A stretch of DNA of 64,000 bases. It comes from Patescibacteria group bacterium (GTDB taxonomy: Bacteria; Patescibacteriota; Patescibacteriia; Veblenbacterales; UBA10138). Positions within the stretch are counted from its first letter, which is position 1. Each line of letters begins with the position of its first letter. The position numbers and the translations under genes are program-made. The notes beneath the pieces were generated by a model that was given only the letters and a program-made list of their open reading frames with translations, was not told the origin of the DNA and ran no database searches. Below, piece by piece: positions 9,310-19,398 of the stretch. The DNA is taken from positions 43 to 64,042 of the forward strand of contig JBDRTU010000026.1 of assembly GCA_043823825.1 (NCBI GenBank). Direction: 5' to 3'.

Positions 9310-10425
9310 TTACCCTATTTGACTCAAGGCAGATTCGTAGCAATTCAAGGTTTGCCGGGCTACCTGCTGCCAACTGTAACGACTTAATACGCGAGGAATT
9401 TCTTTTAAAAAACTAAAATCAGTTTTTTCCCCTGCTAATACTGTTTTTAGCACATTAAATAATGAATCTGACGAATTATAATTAAAATAAGCCACTGCTG
9501 AATCCAATATCTCACGATGGATGTTGATATCACTCGCCACCACCGGCAAATTAAAAGACAGTGCTTCTACTGCTCCTAAATTAAATCCTTCGGCTAAGGA
9601 TGGGGTGATATAAACTTTGGCTTGCCTAAATAAAGTAGTTAAGGTAAGGTCGTCAGCCTCGCCCCAGAAAACCACCTGTTTATTTTTATTTTGATTTATT
9701 AACTGCTGCTCTAACCTTTGGTAAAAATAATCACGACGGCCGACTAAAATTAATTTAAGATTTGGATAATCCCGAAGCAGTTGTTGATGAGCGTCAATCA
9801 ACAATTCTAAATTTTTATGAGGATAAGCAGCACCTACATTTAATAAATAAGGTTGGGCCACTAATCTGTTGCCAGGCGACTGACCATCCATATGTCCGTC
9901 TATTGTCGGAGCTTCATAAATCACCTCTATCTTATTTTTTACTTCTGGATAATAAGAGGCTAAATCATTGGCTGTAGTTTGGCTGACAGTGATGATTTTT
10001 TGAGCGCCCGCAACAGCTCTTTTAAAAGTTAAATAAGAAAGTGCTAGTTTAAATTTATAAATCGGAAGTGGTAAGGTAGTGGCTCGCTCACTTGGAAAAT
10101 GGTGCAAGATTAAATCGTGAATTGTTACGACATAGGGCCGGCGATATCTTAAGGGCACATTCCAATGTGGAAAGTGTACAAGATCAAGGTTGGCTTGCCG
10201 AAATAGTCGAGGTAGCCTTAGCTGCTCATTAATTGAATATACTCGCGGACGAGCGTTAATTATTCGCCAATTATTTGGCAAGTCGTCAATAATCTTTGGA
10301 TCTCCAAATAATGAATAACAATTTTTAGTATCAAGTCGTTGCAGCTCTTTAATTAAATTAAAGGTATACCGCCCAATGCCTCGATGATGAGTACCATAAA
10401 GTCTAGCGTCAATGCCGATTTTCAT
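9310..10425 (-). CDS. Glycosyltransferase family 1 (GT4-type)
   Basis: C-terminal EGFNLGAVEALSFNLPVVASDI motif typical of GT1/GT4 enzymes. Confidence 0.8.
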   Translation of the reverse strand: MKIGIDARLYGTHHRGIGRYTFNLIKELQRLDTKNCYSLFGDPKIIDDLPNNWRIINARPRVYSINEQLRLPRLFRQANLDLVHFPHWNVPLRYRRPYVVTIHDLILHHFPSERATTLPLPIYKFKLALSYLTFKRAVAGAQKIITVSQTTANDLASYYPEVKNKIEVIYEAPTIDGHMDGQSPGNRLVAQPYLLNVGAAYPHKNLELLIDAHQQLLRDYPNLKLILVGRRDYFYQRLEQQLINQNKNKQVVFWGEADDLTLTTLFRQAKVYITPSLAEGFNLGAVEALSFNLPVVASDINIHREILDSAVAYFNYNSSDSLFNVLKTVLAGEKTDFSFLKEIPRVLSRYSWQQVARQTLNCYESALSQIG

Positions 10426-11573
10426 ATAGCTTTAAATAAATCATTTAGTTGTTGGGCTGAAGTTTGCCAAGAAAATTTGAGGGCCTGTGTTTTTCCGGAT
10501 TTTCTCAAACTGTCTTTTAACTTCTGGTTAAACAATATTAAGTTTATACCATTCTGCCATTCTGACACTACCCAAGGATCTAAGAGTAAGGCCGCCTCCC
10601 CTACCACCTCAGGTAACGAACTTGTGTTTGAGACCAAACAAGGAGTGCCGCTGGCTATGGCTTCTAAAACAGGGAAACCAAATCCTTCGTAAAACGACGG
10701 ATAAAGAAATAATGAAGCTTTTTGATAAAGCGCAGGCTGTAATTCCCTAGGCACATAACCAATAAAATGTACACGATTTTTGCTTTTCATCTGCTGCCAA
10801 TATTTTAGAGTATGACCGAAACTCCAGCCAAAAGCTCCAGCGATCACTAAGTCGTATCGAAAGCTGTTATTTTGATTAATCAGCTCTTGATAAGCTTTAA
10901 GCAATAATAAATGATTTTTTCGCGGCTCAACTGTGCCAACTGACAACAAATATTTTTCCGGTAAATCGTACTGCTGGTTTATCGCATGAATATGGTGCTC
11001 ACTGGCTTGTTTAAAAAAAATCGGATCAACAGCCGGATGAATTACTTTAATACGACCCTCAAGCTGTGGCTTGAGCTCCAGAATATCATTTTTGGTATGT
11101 TCTGACACAGCGACCACTGCGTCAAAATCTTTGACAGTCTGCAGCATTTTTTTCATGGAAGATAAATACCACCACCTTTTTTTAGCAGAAAAAAATTGAG
11201 GGAAATGAATAAAAGACAAATCGTGAATGGTTAAAACTTTCTTAACTACCTTGGATAACTGAAAAAAATGCAGGTTGGGCAACCAGAATAAATCTACAGA
11301 TGAACTGCGACTACTTATTATTTGATCTAGCTTCGGCCAATAACCAAGACGCAGACCCAAATCTTGTAGTTTATTAGGGTAGTGAGTAGCCACTAAATGA
11401 CCCCACTGTTGCAACTCTTTGGGTAAATTATTCCTTTGCCAACCGTTGGCATAGAAAAATAAAGTCGGAGGTTGAGGTAGATTAACTAACTCCTCGATTA
11501 AATGCCAAGTATTTTCTGCTACTCCAGTCCAATACTTATCTTGTAAACACCTAACATCTATCGCCACCTTCAT
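10422..11573 (-). CDS. Glycosyltransferase family 1
   Basis: SFYEGFGFPVLEAIASGTPCLVS motif. The 4-nt overlap with its neighbours indicates an operon. Confidence 0.8.
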   Translation of the reverse strand: MKVAIDVRCLQDKYWTGVAENTWHLIEELVNLPQPPTLFFYANGWQRNNLPKELQQWGHLVATHYPNKLQDLGLRLGYWPKLDQIISSRSSSVDLFWLPNLHFFQLSKVVKKVLTIHDLSFIHFPQFFSAKKRWWYLSSMKKMLQTVKDFDAVVAVSEHTKNDILELKPQLEGRIKVIHPAVDPIFFKQASEHHIHAINQQYDLPEKYLLSVGTVEPRKNHLLLLKAYQELINQNNSFRYDLVIAGAFGWSFGHTLKYWQQMKSKNRVHFIGYVPRELQPALYQKASLFLYPSFYEGFGFPVLEAIASGTPCLVSNTSSLPEVVGEAALLLDPWVVSEWQNGINLILFNQKLKDSLRKSGKTQALKFSWQTSAQQLNDLFKAI

Positions 11574-12670
11574 CTTTTTTGTACTTTAACTACAAACTCG
11601 TTTAATCTTTCCTTAAACACCGTGCTGTCAAACTTTTCGGCTACTCGTCTTAATTTCACAGGATCATATTTTTTTTGATCAAAACGAACTACAGCATCGG
11701 CTAATGCCTCCCAACTCTGCTCATTAAAAAATACTCCCGTGGAGCCCGGTTGAATAATCTCTAAAGCACCACCTTTACCATAGGCGATAACTGGTCGACC
11801 CGAAGATAATGCTTCCACTGCGGTAATACCAAAATCCTCCTCTTGCGGGAAAATTAACGCTTTACAGCGCGATAAATAATAAACTTTTTCCGATTCTGTG
11901 GCTTGGCCAAGAAATTCAATATTGTCACGAGCAATTTTTTTTAGATCATTATATTGCTCTCCAACCCCAATTATTTTTAATGGAATACCCAGCTTGTTAA
12001 ATGCCTTCACAGCTAAATCAACGCGCTTGTAAGGGCGCAAGCGGGAGATCACTAAAAAATAATCTTCAATTTTATCACTAATAGTAAACTGCTTAACATC
12101 TACTGGAGGGTAAATTACTGTGGCAGGACGCCGATAATAGCGTTTTATCCTGTGGGCCACAAACTGGGAATTAGCAATAAAATGATCCACTCGTTGAGCC
12201 GCTAACTGATCCCACACTCTTAGTTTGGTCAACACCATGGGTAAGAGCTTTTTTATTAAACGCGGCTGTTCTAACTCTTCTTTATATTGATGAGTATCAC
12301 TCCATAAATAGCGAGTAGGGCTATGGCAATAACAAAGATGGATAGACTCTGGCTTTAACACTAAACCTTTAATTAAAGCTGAACAGGAGCTAATCACTAA
12401 ACCATATTCAGACAAATCTAAATCCTCAACTGCTGCTGGCATCAACCCTAAATACCACTTAAACAACTTGGGTGAACCAGGAAGTTTTTGAATAAAAGAA
12501 GTTCTAATATCCCAACAGTCAAACATCTTACCAACAGTGTCTTGATTAAAAATTAAAGTAAAAACCGGCGCTTCGGGATAAATAATGTGAAACTCGGCTA
12601 ACACTTTTTCTGCACCGCCAAACTGATTTAGGTGATCATGAGCTAGGGCTACTTTTGAATTAGACGGCAT
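11570..12670 (-). CDS. Glycosyltransferase family 1
   Basis: EEDFGITAVEALSSGRPVIAYGKGGALEII motif. Confidence 0.8.
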   Translation of the reverse strand: MPSNSKVALAHDHLNQFGGAEKVLAEFHIIYPEAPVFTLIFNQDTVGKMFDCWDIRTSFIQKLPGSPKLFKWYLGLMPAAVEDLDLSEYGLVISSCSALIKGLVLKPESIHLCYCHSPTRYLWSDTHQYKEELEQPRLIKKLLPMVLTKLRVWDQLAAQRVDHFIANSQFVAHRIKRYYRRPATVIYPPVDVKQFTISDKIEDYFLVISRLRPYKRVDLAVKAFNKLGIPLKIIGVGEQYNDLKKIARDNIEFLGQATESEKVYYLSRCKALIFPQEEDFGITAVEALSSGRPVIAYGKGGALEIIQPGSTGVFFNEQSWEALADAVVRFDQKKYDPVKLRRVAEKFDSTVFKERLNEFVVKVQKR

Positions 12671-14036
12671 ATTTCTTTTGTAAGACTATAATTACTGTCT
12701 TAATTAAAATTAACAAATCGTGCCCCAGAGACCAATTCTCAATATAAAAACTGTCTAACTTTACTTCATCTTCAAAAGACAAACTAGAACGGCCGGAAAT
12801 TTGCGCCAAACCGGTAATTCCGGGCTTTATATTTAGCAACCGATGATGATGTTGTTGATAACGCGCTACCTCCTGCGGCTCATGCGGACGCGGGCCTACC
12901 AAACTCATATTACCTTTTAGAACATCCCATAATTGTGCAAGCTCATCTAAACTCCATGTTCTTAAAAAACGTCCAAAAGGAGTTATTCGTGGATCGTTCT
13001 GTAATTTAAAGAGCGGACCATCAGTTCGTTCATTTAAAGACATAAGTTTTTCTTTCATTTGATGAGCACCTACTACCATTGAACGAAACTTATGTAAAGT
13101 AAAAGGCCTGCCTCTCTCACCTACCCTTTCTAACTGTACTATTACTGGAGAGCCATAGCCAAAATAAATTACTAAAATCACAACTAACAACAAAGGCGAC
13201 AAAGCAATCATTAAAATAATAGATAAAATAATATCAAATAACCGCTTAACAATTTTCCCCCAGCCGTCTAATGGTGTTCTTTTAATTTCCAATACTGGTA
13301 CACCAGCATAAGTATGCATTACCACATTGTGCAATTGGGCGTTAAATATATCAGCCACATATTTAAACCCAAGATGGTTATTTAAACAATATTCCCAAAT
13401 ATCTACCCGCTCGGTAGGTGATAAATTAGTATCGGATACTATTATTTCATCTAATGTTTTTAAATCATCCTGACTAAGCTCGGGGCTGAATCTGTCTCGA
13501 TTATTTATCACCCGATAACCTAAGGAAGGCGAACTGCGAAATAATTCAACTAACGCCTTGGTATTTTGATCAGCACCTATTACTAACACATTAGATAAAG
13601 CCCAACCTTTGCGGTAGAAAATATTTCTCAATAATTTTAACAAACCGCGCCCTAAACTCACAAATATTACAGCAAATACCCAAAAGGCCAAAACAATAAA
13701 CCTAGATGAAAATAAAGCTTGATTAAAAAAGAATGCAATAATAATGAGCGCTAAACCCGTAGAACAAGCTAAAAAGACTCGGCGAATTTCTTCGTAAAAT
13801 TTTAATCTGGTAGAAATCTGATAAAGACCAGCCAGAGAAAAAAACACAATCCAGACTAAAGAAGCTATTAGAACCAGAGGTAAATATTCATTAAGGGGAA
13901 GATAAAAAAGGATTGGGCGAATATCAGTAACAAAAGTTTCAAAACGCAAAAAATAAGCCAGCAGCCCCGCCAATACTAGTGCAATATAATCAAGAGGAAG
14001 CGCTAGAACAGCTAAGATCAACTGTGACTTCTTCAT
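12660..14036 (-). CDS. Polyprenyl-phosphate glycosyl-1-phosphate transferase (WbaP/CpsE-like priming sugar transferase)
   Basis: Multiple N-terminal TM helices plus the C-terminal bacterial sugar transferase motifs RPFTLHKFRSM and LKGNMSLVGPRP. Confidence 0.85.
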   Translation of the reverse strand: MKKSQLILAVLALPLDYIALVLAGLLAYFLRFETFVTDIRPILFYLPLNEYLPLVLIASLVWIVFFSLAGLYQISTRLKFYEEIRRVFLACSTGLALIIIAFFFNQALFSSRFIVLAFWVFAVIFVSLGRGLLKLLRNIFYRKGWALSNVLVIGADQNTKALVELFRSSPSLGYRVINNRDRFSPELSQDDLKTLDEIIVSDTNLSPTERVDIWEYCLNNHLGFKYVADIFNAQLHNVVMHTYAGVPVLEIKRTPLDGWGKIVKRLFDIILSIILMIALSPLLLVVILVIYFGYGSPVIVQLERVGERGRPFTLHKFRSMVVGAHQMKEKLMSLNERTDGPLFKLQNDPRITPFGRFLRTWSLDELAQLWDVLKGNMSLVGPRPHEPQEVARYQQHHHRLLNIKPGITGLAQISGRSSLSFEDEVKLDSFYIENWSLGHDLLILIKTVIIVLQKKYAV

Positions 14037-14115
14037 AAGTTACATTATACCATTTATGGTCATTATTTCTAATCAATTAACCTTAGTCTGATTTGTAATT
14101 TTGAGTACAAAAAAA

Positions 14116-14565
14116 GCTAAGTAGACCAATAAGCCGAATTCTGTCTGACCCCGCCGTGTGGCGGGGGAAGCGATTATCTATCTGGGCCGCCTCTCACGAG
14201 GCGAGCTCTAGCTACCAACCCGTCCGTCTCGCCAATTTCTTGGCGGACGAGACCTACTTGGTATTGCACCGGGTAGAGTTTGCCTAGCCCCCGACGTCAC
14301 CGTCGGGGCTGGTGGGCTCTTACATTTTACGCTGAAGCGTTTTATTCCGCCCGTGGCGGACCCACCGTTTCACCTCTTACCTCGCTCTGCCAGATGGCTG
14401 AGCGGGCGAGTCTATTTTCTGTTGCACTTGTCCTACGACCCACTTACGCGGATCAGCGGCTGCTGTTAGCAGTTACCCTCCGCCTATGCGGCGGACACAT
14501 GGTGTTCGGACTTTCCTCCCCCATCTAATAATTAGATGAGAGCAATCGCATAAGTCTACTTAGCT
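14116..14565 (-). ncRNA. rnpB: RNase P RNA (bacterial type A)
   Basis: The reverse complement contains GGGAGGAAAGTCCGAACAC (P4 5' strand) and ACAGAATTCGGCTTAT (P4 3' strand, matching ACAGAACCCGGCTTAT), plus GGTAAGAGGTGAAACGGTGGG and GTGCAACAGAAA. The P1 stem is agctaagtagac/gtctacttagct at the two ends. This GC-rich island overlaps a spurious 82-aa plus-strand ORF in the track. Confidence 0.8.
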
Positions 14566-14744
14566 ATGACATTATACAACACTGAATAATTTTGTCAACG
14601 TTAAAAATCAACTAATAACTATGGGTATTATTCGCGTGAATAATACCTAAGTGCGTAAAACAGCTACTCATTTGTCTTTATACCTATACTAGTACAGTAG
14701 TATAGCTGACAAAAAAGCCTGATTAAGATTATATTAATCTATTA

Positions 14745-15146
14745 TTACTGATCTAAAACTTGGTTCAATAGAATATCAGCTCTTTTGTTCTGCCCACGCA
14801 AAACATGGTGATAGCTAATCTTTTTAAAACTCTGGCTTAAATTCCAAACCTTCACAAACAAACTGGCTAGAGCTTTATCCTTAACTTTATATTCCCTGTT
14901 CAGCTGTCGCGCGACTAGCTCGCTGTCTAAATAACACTTTACTTCTTCGGCGCCTAATTTCTTCACCTCTTCTAAACCAGTAATTAAGGCTAGATACTCT
15001 GCCTCGTTGTTGGTTTTTTCACCTAAATATCTGCCTTGCTCTTTTATAACTTTGCCAGTTTGATCTTCAATCACATAACCAATGGCTGCTGGCCCAGGAT
15101 TCCCCCGCGACCCACCATCAGTTCTTAAAATTACTGATTTACTCAT
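14745..15146 (-). CDS. rnhA: Ribonuclease HI-like protein
   Basis: RNase H fold motifs DGGSRGNPGP and TNNEAEYLAL with a C-terminal Asp. It overlaps recJ by 8 nt. Confidence 0.75.
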   Translation of the reverse strand: MSKSVILRTDGGSRGNPGPAAIGYVIEDQTGKVIKEQGRYLGEKTNNEAEYLALITGLEEVKKLGAEEVKCYLDSELVARQLNREYKVKDKALASLFVKVWNLSQSFKKISYHHVLRGQNKRADILLNQVLDQ

Positions 15147-16890
15147 GATGTTTAAAATCCATAATTTTTAATTGCAACTCGCGATTGCCGTTCCACTCAT
15201 TAACGCCTACCTCAAAAGCCACATCTATTTTATCTCCCACTTTTAAATCTACTCCTTTTTGCAAAGCATTAAAAGTAATAAACTTTTTTTCTACTTCCCC
15301 TTGTCTGAGTTGCAAACGCCAGTGCTGTCCCTCGCTTCCAACTGGATTAATAGCTACTACTTCTAAATCAAATAAAGCAAATAGAGGTATAGGGTTAGTT
15401 TGCCCTGTTGGTTCTAATTTTTGTACAGCTTCGTAAACGAGCCAATCTGTCTTTGCTAATTCTAGTTCAGCATCTAATTCAAGTACTGGTGTTAAGTCTT
15501 TATCCTTCAGATGCTGTCTCGCTACCTTATTAAAAGCTTTAATAAACTTTTCATAATTTGCCTTTGTCATTTTATAACCAGCTGCTTGTTTATGCCCACC
15601 ATATTTAATTAAATGCTGATCGGTTTCTTTTAACACCTGCATTAAATCTAACGCCGGAATACTCCTGGCAGAACCAACAATATTATCCCCCTCGGCACAC
15701 ATTACGAGCGCTGGTCGATTATATTTCTGTACTAATTTACCTGCCACCAAACCAACTACTCCTAATGGCCATTCGGGCATAAAAGTAAACACTGCGTAAT
15801 CACTGCGTTTTAATTTACCAACTTGCTCTAAGGCCTGTTGTAACATTTCTTCAGACACGCGCTGACGTTCAGTATTAGTAAGGTTTAAGGAGCGCGCTAA
15901 TTCTTCAGCCTCACAAGAATCCTCTGACATTAGTAGTTGATATCCAGCATTGGCATGATCCATGCGTCCCGCTGCATTAATACGAGGTGCTATTTGCCAA
16001 CCTATAGTATTAGTAGTAATTAACTCTGGATTAACACCTGCCACTTCTATTAATTTTTGCAAACCTAACCGTCTGTTTTTTTGCAATACCACCAAGCCGT
16101 ACTTAACTAGTGTTCTAGCTTCACCAAGTAATGGCACCATATCAGCCACTAATGAAATTGCAACCAAATCCAGCAACCATTTTTCCCAAACCTCTTTTTC
16201 TTTTTCGCCTAATTCACAGTCCCCACCACTTAACAATCCCTGCACTAATTTATAAGCAGTAGCGCCACCGGAAAGGTTTTTGCCCGGATAATTTTCGCGA
16301 GGTAAACTTGGGTGAATAATCGCCACTGCTGGCGGCAAAGTTTCTTTAGCTTGGTGATGATCGGTTATTATGGTATCTATACCCAAACTAGCAGCTAGAG
16401 TGATCTCCTCCACATTAGCAACACCACAGTCGCAGGTGATTATTAGCTTAACTTGCTTATCAGCTAAATATCGAACAGCTGCTTGGTTAATGCCATACCC
16501 CTCGCGTTCGCGATGGGGTAAATAAACCTGCACTTCTGCACCTAATTTTCTCAAACTGCTAACCAAAATTACTGCGCCGGTAACACCATCGGCATCATAA
16601 TCGGCATAAACACATATCAATTCATTCATCTTAATGGCACGATAAATTCTATCAACCGCCATGGCCATATCCTTAAACAAATAAGGATCGTGCACATCTT
16701 CACCCCAATCAGGATTTAAAAACTCGTCAATAGCTTCCTGTTGCATTAAGCTCCGATTGACTAGCAGTTGTAATAAAACCAGCTCGATTTCTGAAAATTG
16801 AGCTTTGATCTGATTAGTAATCGGTTCAGCTATTTTCCATTTTTTTAGAATCATTAATATTATTTTACTGGAAATTGACATTTTTAACAA
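15139..16890 (-). CDS. recJ: Single-stranded-DNA-specific exonuclease RecJ
   Basis: DHH-family motifs (YADYDADGVTG, TDHH) followed by a DHHA1 region. Confidence 0.9.
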   Translation of the reverse strand: MLKMSISSKIILMILKKWKIAEPITNQIKAQFSEIELVLLQLLVNRSLMQQEAIDEFLNPDWGEDVHDPYLFKDMAMAVDRIYRAIKMNELICVYADYDADGVTGAVILVSSLRKLGAEVQVYLPHREREGYGINQAAVRYLADKQVKLIITCDCGVANVEEITLAASLGIDTIITDHHQAKETLPPAVAIIHPSLPRENYPGKNLSGGATAYKLVQGLLSGGDCELGEKEKEVWEKWLLDLVAISLVADMVPLLGEARTLVKYGLVVLQKNRRLGLQKLIEVAGVNPELITTNTIGWQIAPRINAAGRMDHANAGYQLLMSEDSCEAEELARSLNLTNTERQRVSEEMLQQALEQVGKLKRSDYAVFTFMPEWPLGVVGLVAGKLVQKYNRPALVMCAEGDNIVGSARSIPALDLMQVLKETDQHLIKYGGHKQAAGYKMTKANYEKFIKAFNKVARQHLKDKDLTPVLELDAELELAKTDWLVYEAVQKLEPTGQTNPIPLFALFDLEVVAINPVGSEGQHWRLQLRQGEVEKKFITFNALQKGVDLKVGDKIDVAFEVGVNEWNGNRELQLKIMDFKHHE

Positions 16891-16956
16891 GAAACATTAC
16901 TCTTATCTTAAAGTAAATAAAAAAACAAATACATAAATTAACTTCCTGGAGAAACA

Positions 16957-17310
16957 ATGCAACTTTTAGATGTGGTGAATTTGTGGGTAATACCCTTAAT
17001 TATTTTAACATTTGCCTTTTCTTGGCTAATACAAAGTGGGAGTAAAGTGCTCTCTAGATTCTTTTTCTCACTTTCCACAACAATCGTGGGCCTTGTATTT
17101 TATGTACTTTTTGAAAAGGGTTTAGTTGAAATTATTAGCATATGCCATTTAAATTTATCAGCCGAAATATTATGGCTAATAAATTTAATGATAATAATTA
17201 TGGCGTGTGGGCTGTCTTTTCTTTTATTATCCATGACAATAAACTTACCAGCCCCGCCAACCTTAAAAGACAAGCTTGGATATCTAGACTCCTTAAAAAA
17301 TAAGCAATAG
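16957..17310 (+). CDS. Hypothetical small membrane protein
   Basis: 117-aa ORF with three predicted TM helices in an AT-rich region. No recognisable family. Confidence 0.4.
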   Translation: MQLLDVVNLWVIPLIILTFAFSWLIQSGSKVLSRFFFSLSTTIVGLVFYVLFEKGLVEIISICHLNLSAEILWLINLMIIIMACGLSFLLLSMTINLPAPPTLKDKLGYLDSLKNKQ

Positions 17311-17419
17311 CTTTTTAAAGGGTGTAATAAAATTACACCCTTTATATTTAATTAAAGGCTGTACAAAATTATATAAATAGGATACATTGATCTGAAACAT
17401 AAAAATAAGGATATAAAAA

Positions 17420-17665
17420 ATGAACATACACATAGCATACATATTCGCGGCTATTACCATGGCTACATTCGCGCTTGTATTATTATATACGCGCCAGCGT
17501 TGGTACTTAATTTTACCAGCGACACTAATAAATGCGGCTATTGGAGCGCAACAAAATGAACACATTATTATTAGAATATTAATTGCGCTATTAGTTTTGT
17601 TTTGCTCTAGCCTGATAATGATGATGAAAACTAATTTTTTTTATAAAAAAACAAAAGAGAGCTGA
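17420..17665 (+). CDS. Hypothetical small membrane protein
   Basis: 81 aa with two TM helices. Chosen over the overlapping minus-strand ORF because the terminator hairpin lies immediately 3' of it. Confidence 0.35.
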   Translation: MNIHIAYIFAAITMATFALVLLYTRQRWYLILPATLINAAIGAQQNEHIIIRILIALLVLFCSSLIMMMKTNFFYKKTKES

Positions 17666-17695
17666 TATGATTCATAAATACCATCAGCTCTTTTT
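17657..17695. terminator. Bidirectional rho-independent terminator
   Basis: Stem gagagctgat ... atcagctc, followed by TTTTT and preceded by an A-tract. It lies between convergent genes. Confidence 0.6.
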
Positions 17696-17696
17696 A

Positions 17697-18401
17697 TTAA
17701 CTCAATTTTCTTATTAATTCACCAATATAAATATTACCTATCGAATGATCAACTAAAGACTTATCGTTTAATTTCGGGGATTGATTCCAGTATGGTTCTT
17801 TATCTTCTTTACAAAATAAACTATGTTTTTTAAAATTTTCCAACACTTCTTTTTGATCAGTTAATTTTTTTTGAATCTGCCTAAATCTTTCAATCATCTT
17901 TATGGTAAAATCTATTTTTGGATCCAATTCTTTAAATTCTTTATTATTACGCGCATTGAAAAATCCATCTCTAGAAGCAAGTGAATTTAATGAAGTCAAT
18001 AATTTACCAAGATAAAATTTACTAGATTGAGGTTCAATATATTTCAAATATTTTTCCTCTAATTGCTCATCCGGATCATTTTCTGATCCATTAAAACTAC
18101 CATAAAATTCTTCTATATTATTACTAGCTTGCGTCCAGGCCGGATCTCTTTGCTCTATGCCTTTTTCCACCTCTTCTTTTCCGTCACGACTTAACTCTGA
18201 AAATACTTCTGTTCCAGATTTCATCGCCTTGAAATAATCCTCTGTAACTGTTGCTGGTTTATTTTCTTGATCAGTCTCATTCATTAGTCCCTCCTTAATT
18301 TCATCTTGAGAAAATTTACATTGTTCACAATTATCAGGAAAATTAGCATGATTACATAAATCTGAAGATTGATCCATTTTGCTTTTTTCTTCATCTGGCA
18401 T
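17697..18401 (-). CDS. Hypothetical acidic protein with an N-terminal Cys cluster
   Basis: 234 aa, highly acidic, containing CNHANFPDNCEQCKF. No family recognised. Confidence 0.45.
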   Translation of the reverse strand: MPDEEKSKMDQSSDLCNHANFPDNCEQCKFSQDEIKEGLMNETDQENKPATVTEDYFKAMKSGTEVFSELSRDGKEEVEKGIEQRDPAWTQASNNIEEFYGSFNGSENDPDEQLEEKYLKYIEPQSSKFYLGKLLTSLNSLASRDGFFNARNNKEFKELDPKIDFTIKMIERFRQIQKKLTDQKEVLENFKKHSLFCKEDKEPYWNQSPKLNDKSLVDHSIGNIYIGELIRKLS

Positions 18402-18474
18402 AAATATAAATAATCAATAATTAAAAAATAACTAAATTATACTACTTAAACCACTGTCGTTAATAAACATAATA

Positions 18475-19398
18475 TCAAATATAAACTCTAGAATTAAATT
18501 TATGATTCTGCGTGCCGTACTTTTCAACTGCTCGTGAAGCTATAGCAGCTGCTTGACGACTAGATCTTGTCAGCGGCCATCCGCGTAACAAACCATCAAC
18601 TAAACCAGCGCGATAAGCATCACCCGCGCCAGTTGGATCCACCACTTTTTTCGCTTTAACAGCGGGAATCCGAATCCTTTTGCCTTGATACCATATTTCC
18701 GAACCTTTTGAGCCCAAAGTACGTATTAATATTTTGCATTTATTGATTAAAGATTTTTCCGATAACCCTAATTTCTTGGCAGTTAAACTAATTTCATAAT
18801 CATTCCCAATAAAAACATGAGAACCAGTTACTCCTAAGGCAAGATCGGTAGAAGATAAAATAGGAATTTGTTGCGCTGGATCATAAATATAAGGAGTTCT
18901 AGTTCTTTTACACAACTTTACCAGTCTTTTCATATCACTTACATTACCTGGTGCGATAATCATCATAGATTTATTAAAAACCTTAACAGGAAAAGTTCTG
19001 TAAGGTATTTGCATGGCACCAAAATAAAAGCCAGTTATCTGATTATCATCTTTATCAGTAATAATATAGGCTGATGCTGTGGTAGTATTCCTAACAAGAT
19101 TCAAATACAGAGTATTCACTCCCCTACTCTGTAACCATTTTTTGTATTTAGAAAAATCATTACCAACCGAAGAAAGAATAATGGGCTTATATTTTAACAA
19201 ACAAAGGTTGTAACTAATATTGCCGGCTGTTCCTCCGAAACTTTCTTTTAAAGTGGGCACTGCAAACGACACGTTAATATTATGCAGCTTGTTGGCGATA
19301 AAATTATCTTTAAATCGGCCAGGAAAATCCATCACCCGGTCATAAGCCAACGAGCCGTAGACTACAATCTTATTTAAATTAGGAAATTTCATACTCAA
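18475..19398 (-). CDS. PfkB-family carbohydrate/nucleoside kinase
   Basis: C-terminal PfkB signature DPTGAGDAYRAGLVDGLL. Confidence 0.75.
   Translation of the reverse strand: MSMKFPNLNKIVVYGSLAYDRVMDFPGRFKDNFIANKLHNINVSFAVPTLKESFGGTAGNISYNLCLLKYKPIILSSVGNDFSKYKKWLQSRGVNTLYLNLVRNTTTASAYIITDKDDNQITGFYFGAMQIPYRTFPVKVFNKSMMIIAPGNVSDMKRLVKLCKRTRTPYIYDPAQQIPILSSTDLALGVTGSHVFIGNDYEISLTAKKLGLSEKSLINKCKILIRTLGSKGSEIWYQGKRIRIPAVKAKKVVDPTGAGDAYRAGLVDGLLRGWPLTRSSRQAAAIASRAVEKYGTQNHKFNSRVYI

Noticed and set aside
14280-14528. 82-aa plus-strand ORF in the track
   Set aside because: It lies entirely within the RNase P RNA gene on the opposite strand, and its amino-acid composition (Arg/Gly/Ala-rich) reflects the GC-rich RNA.
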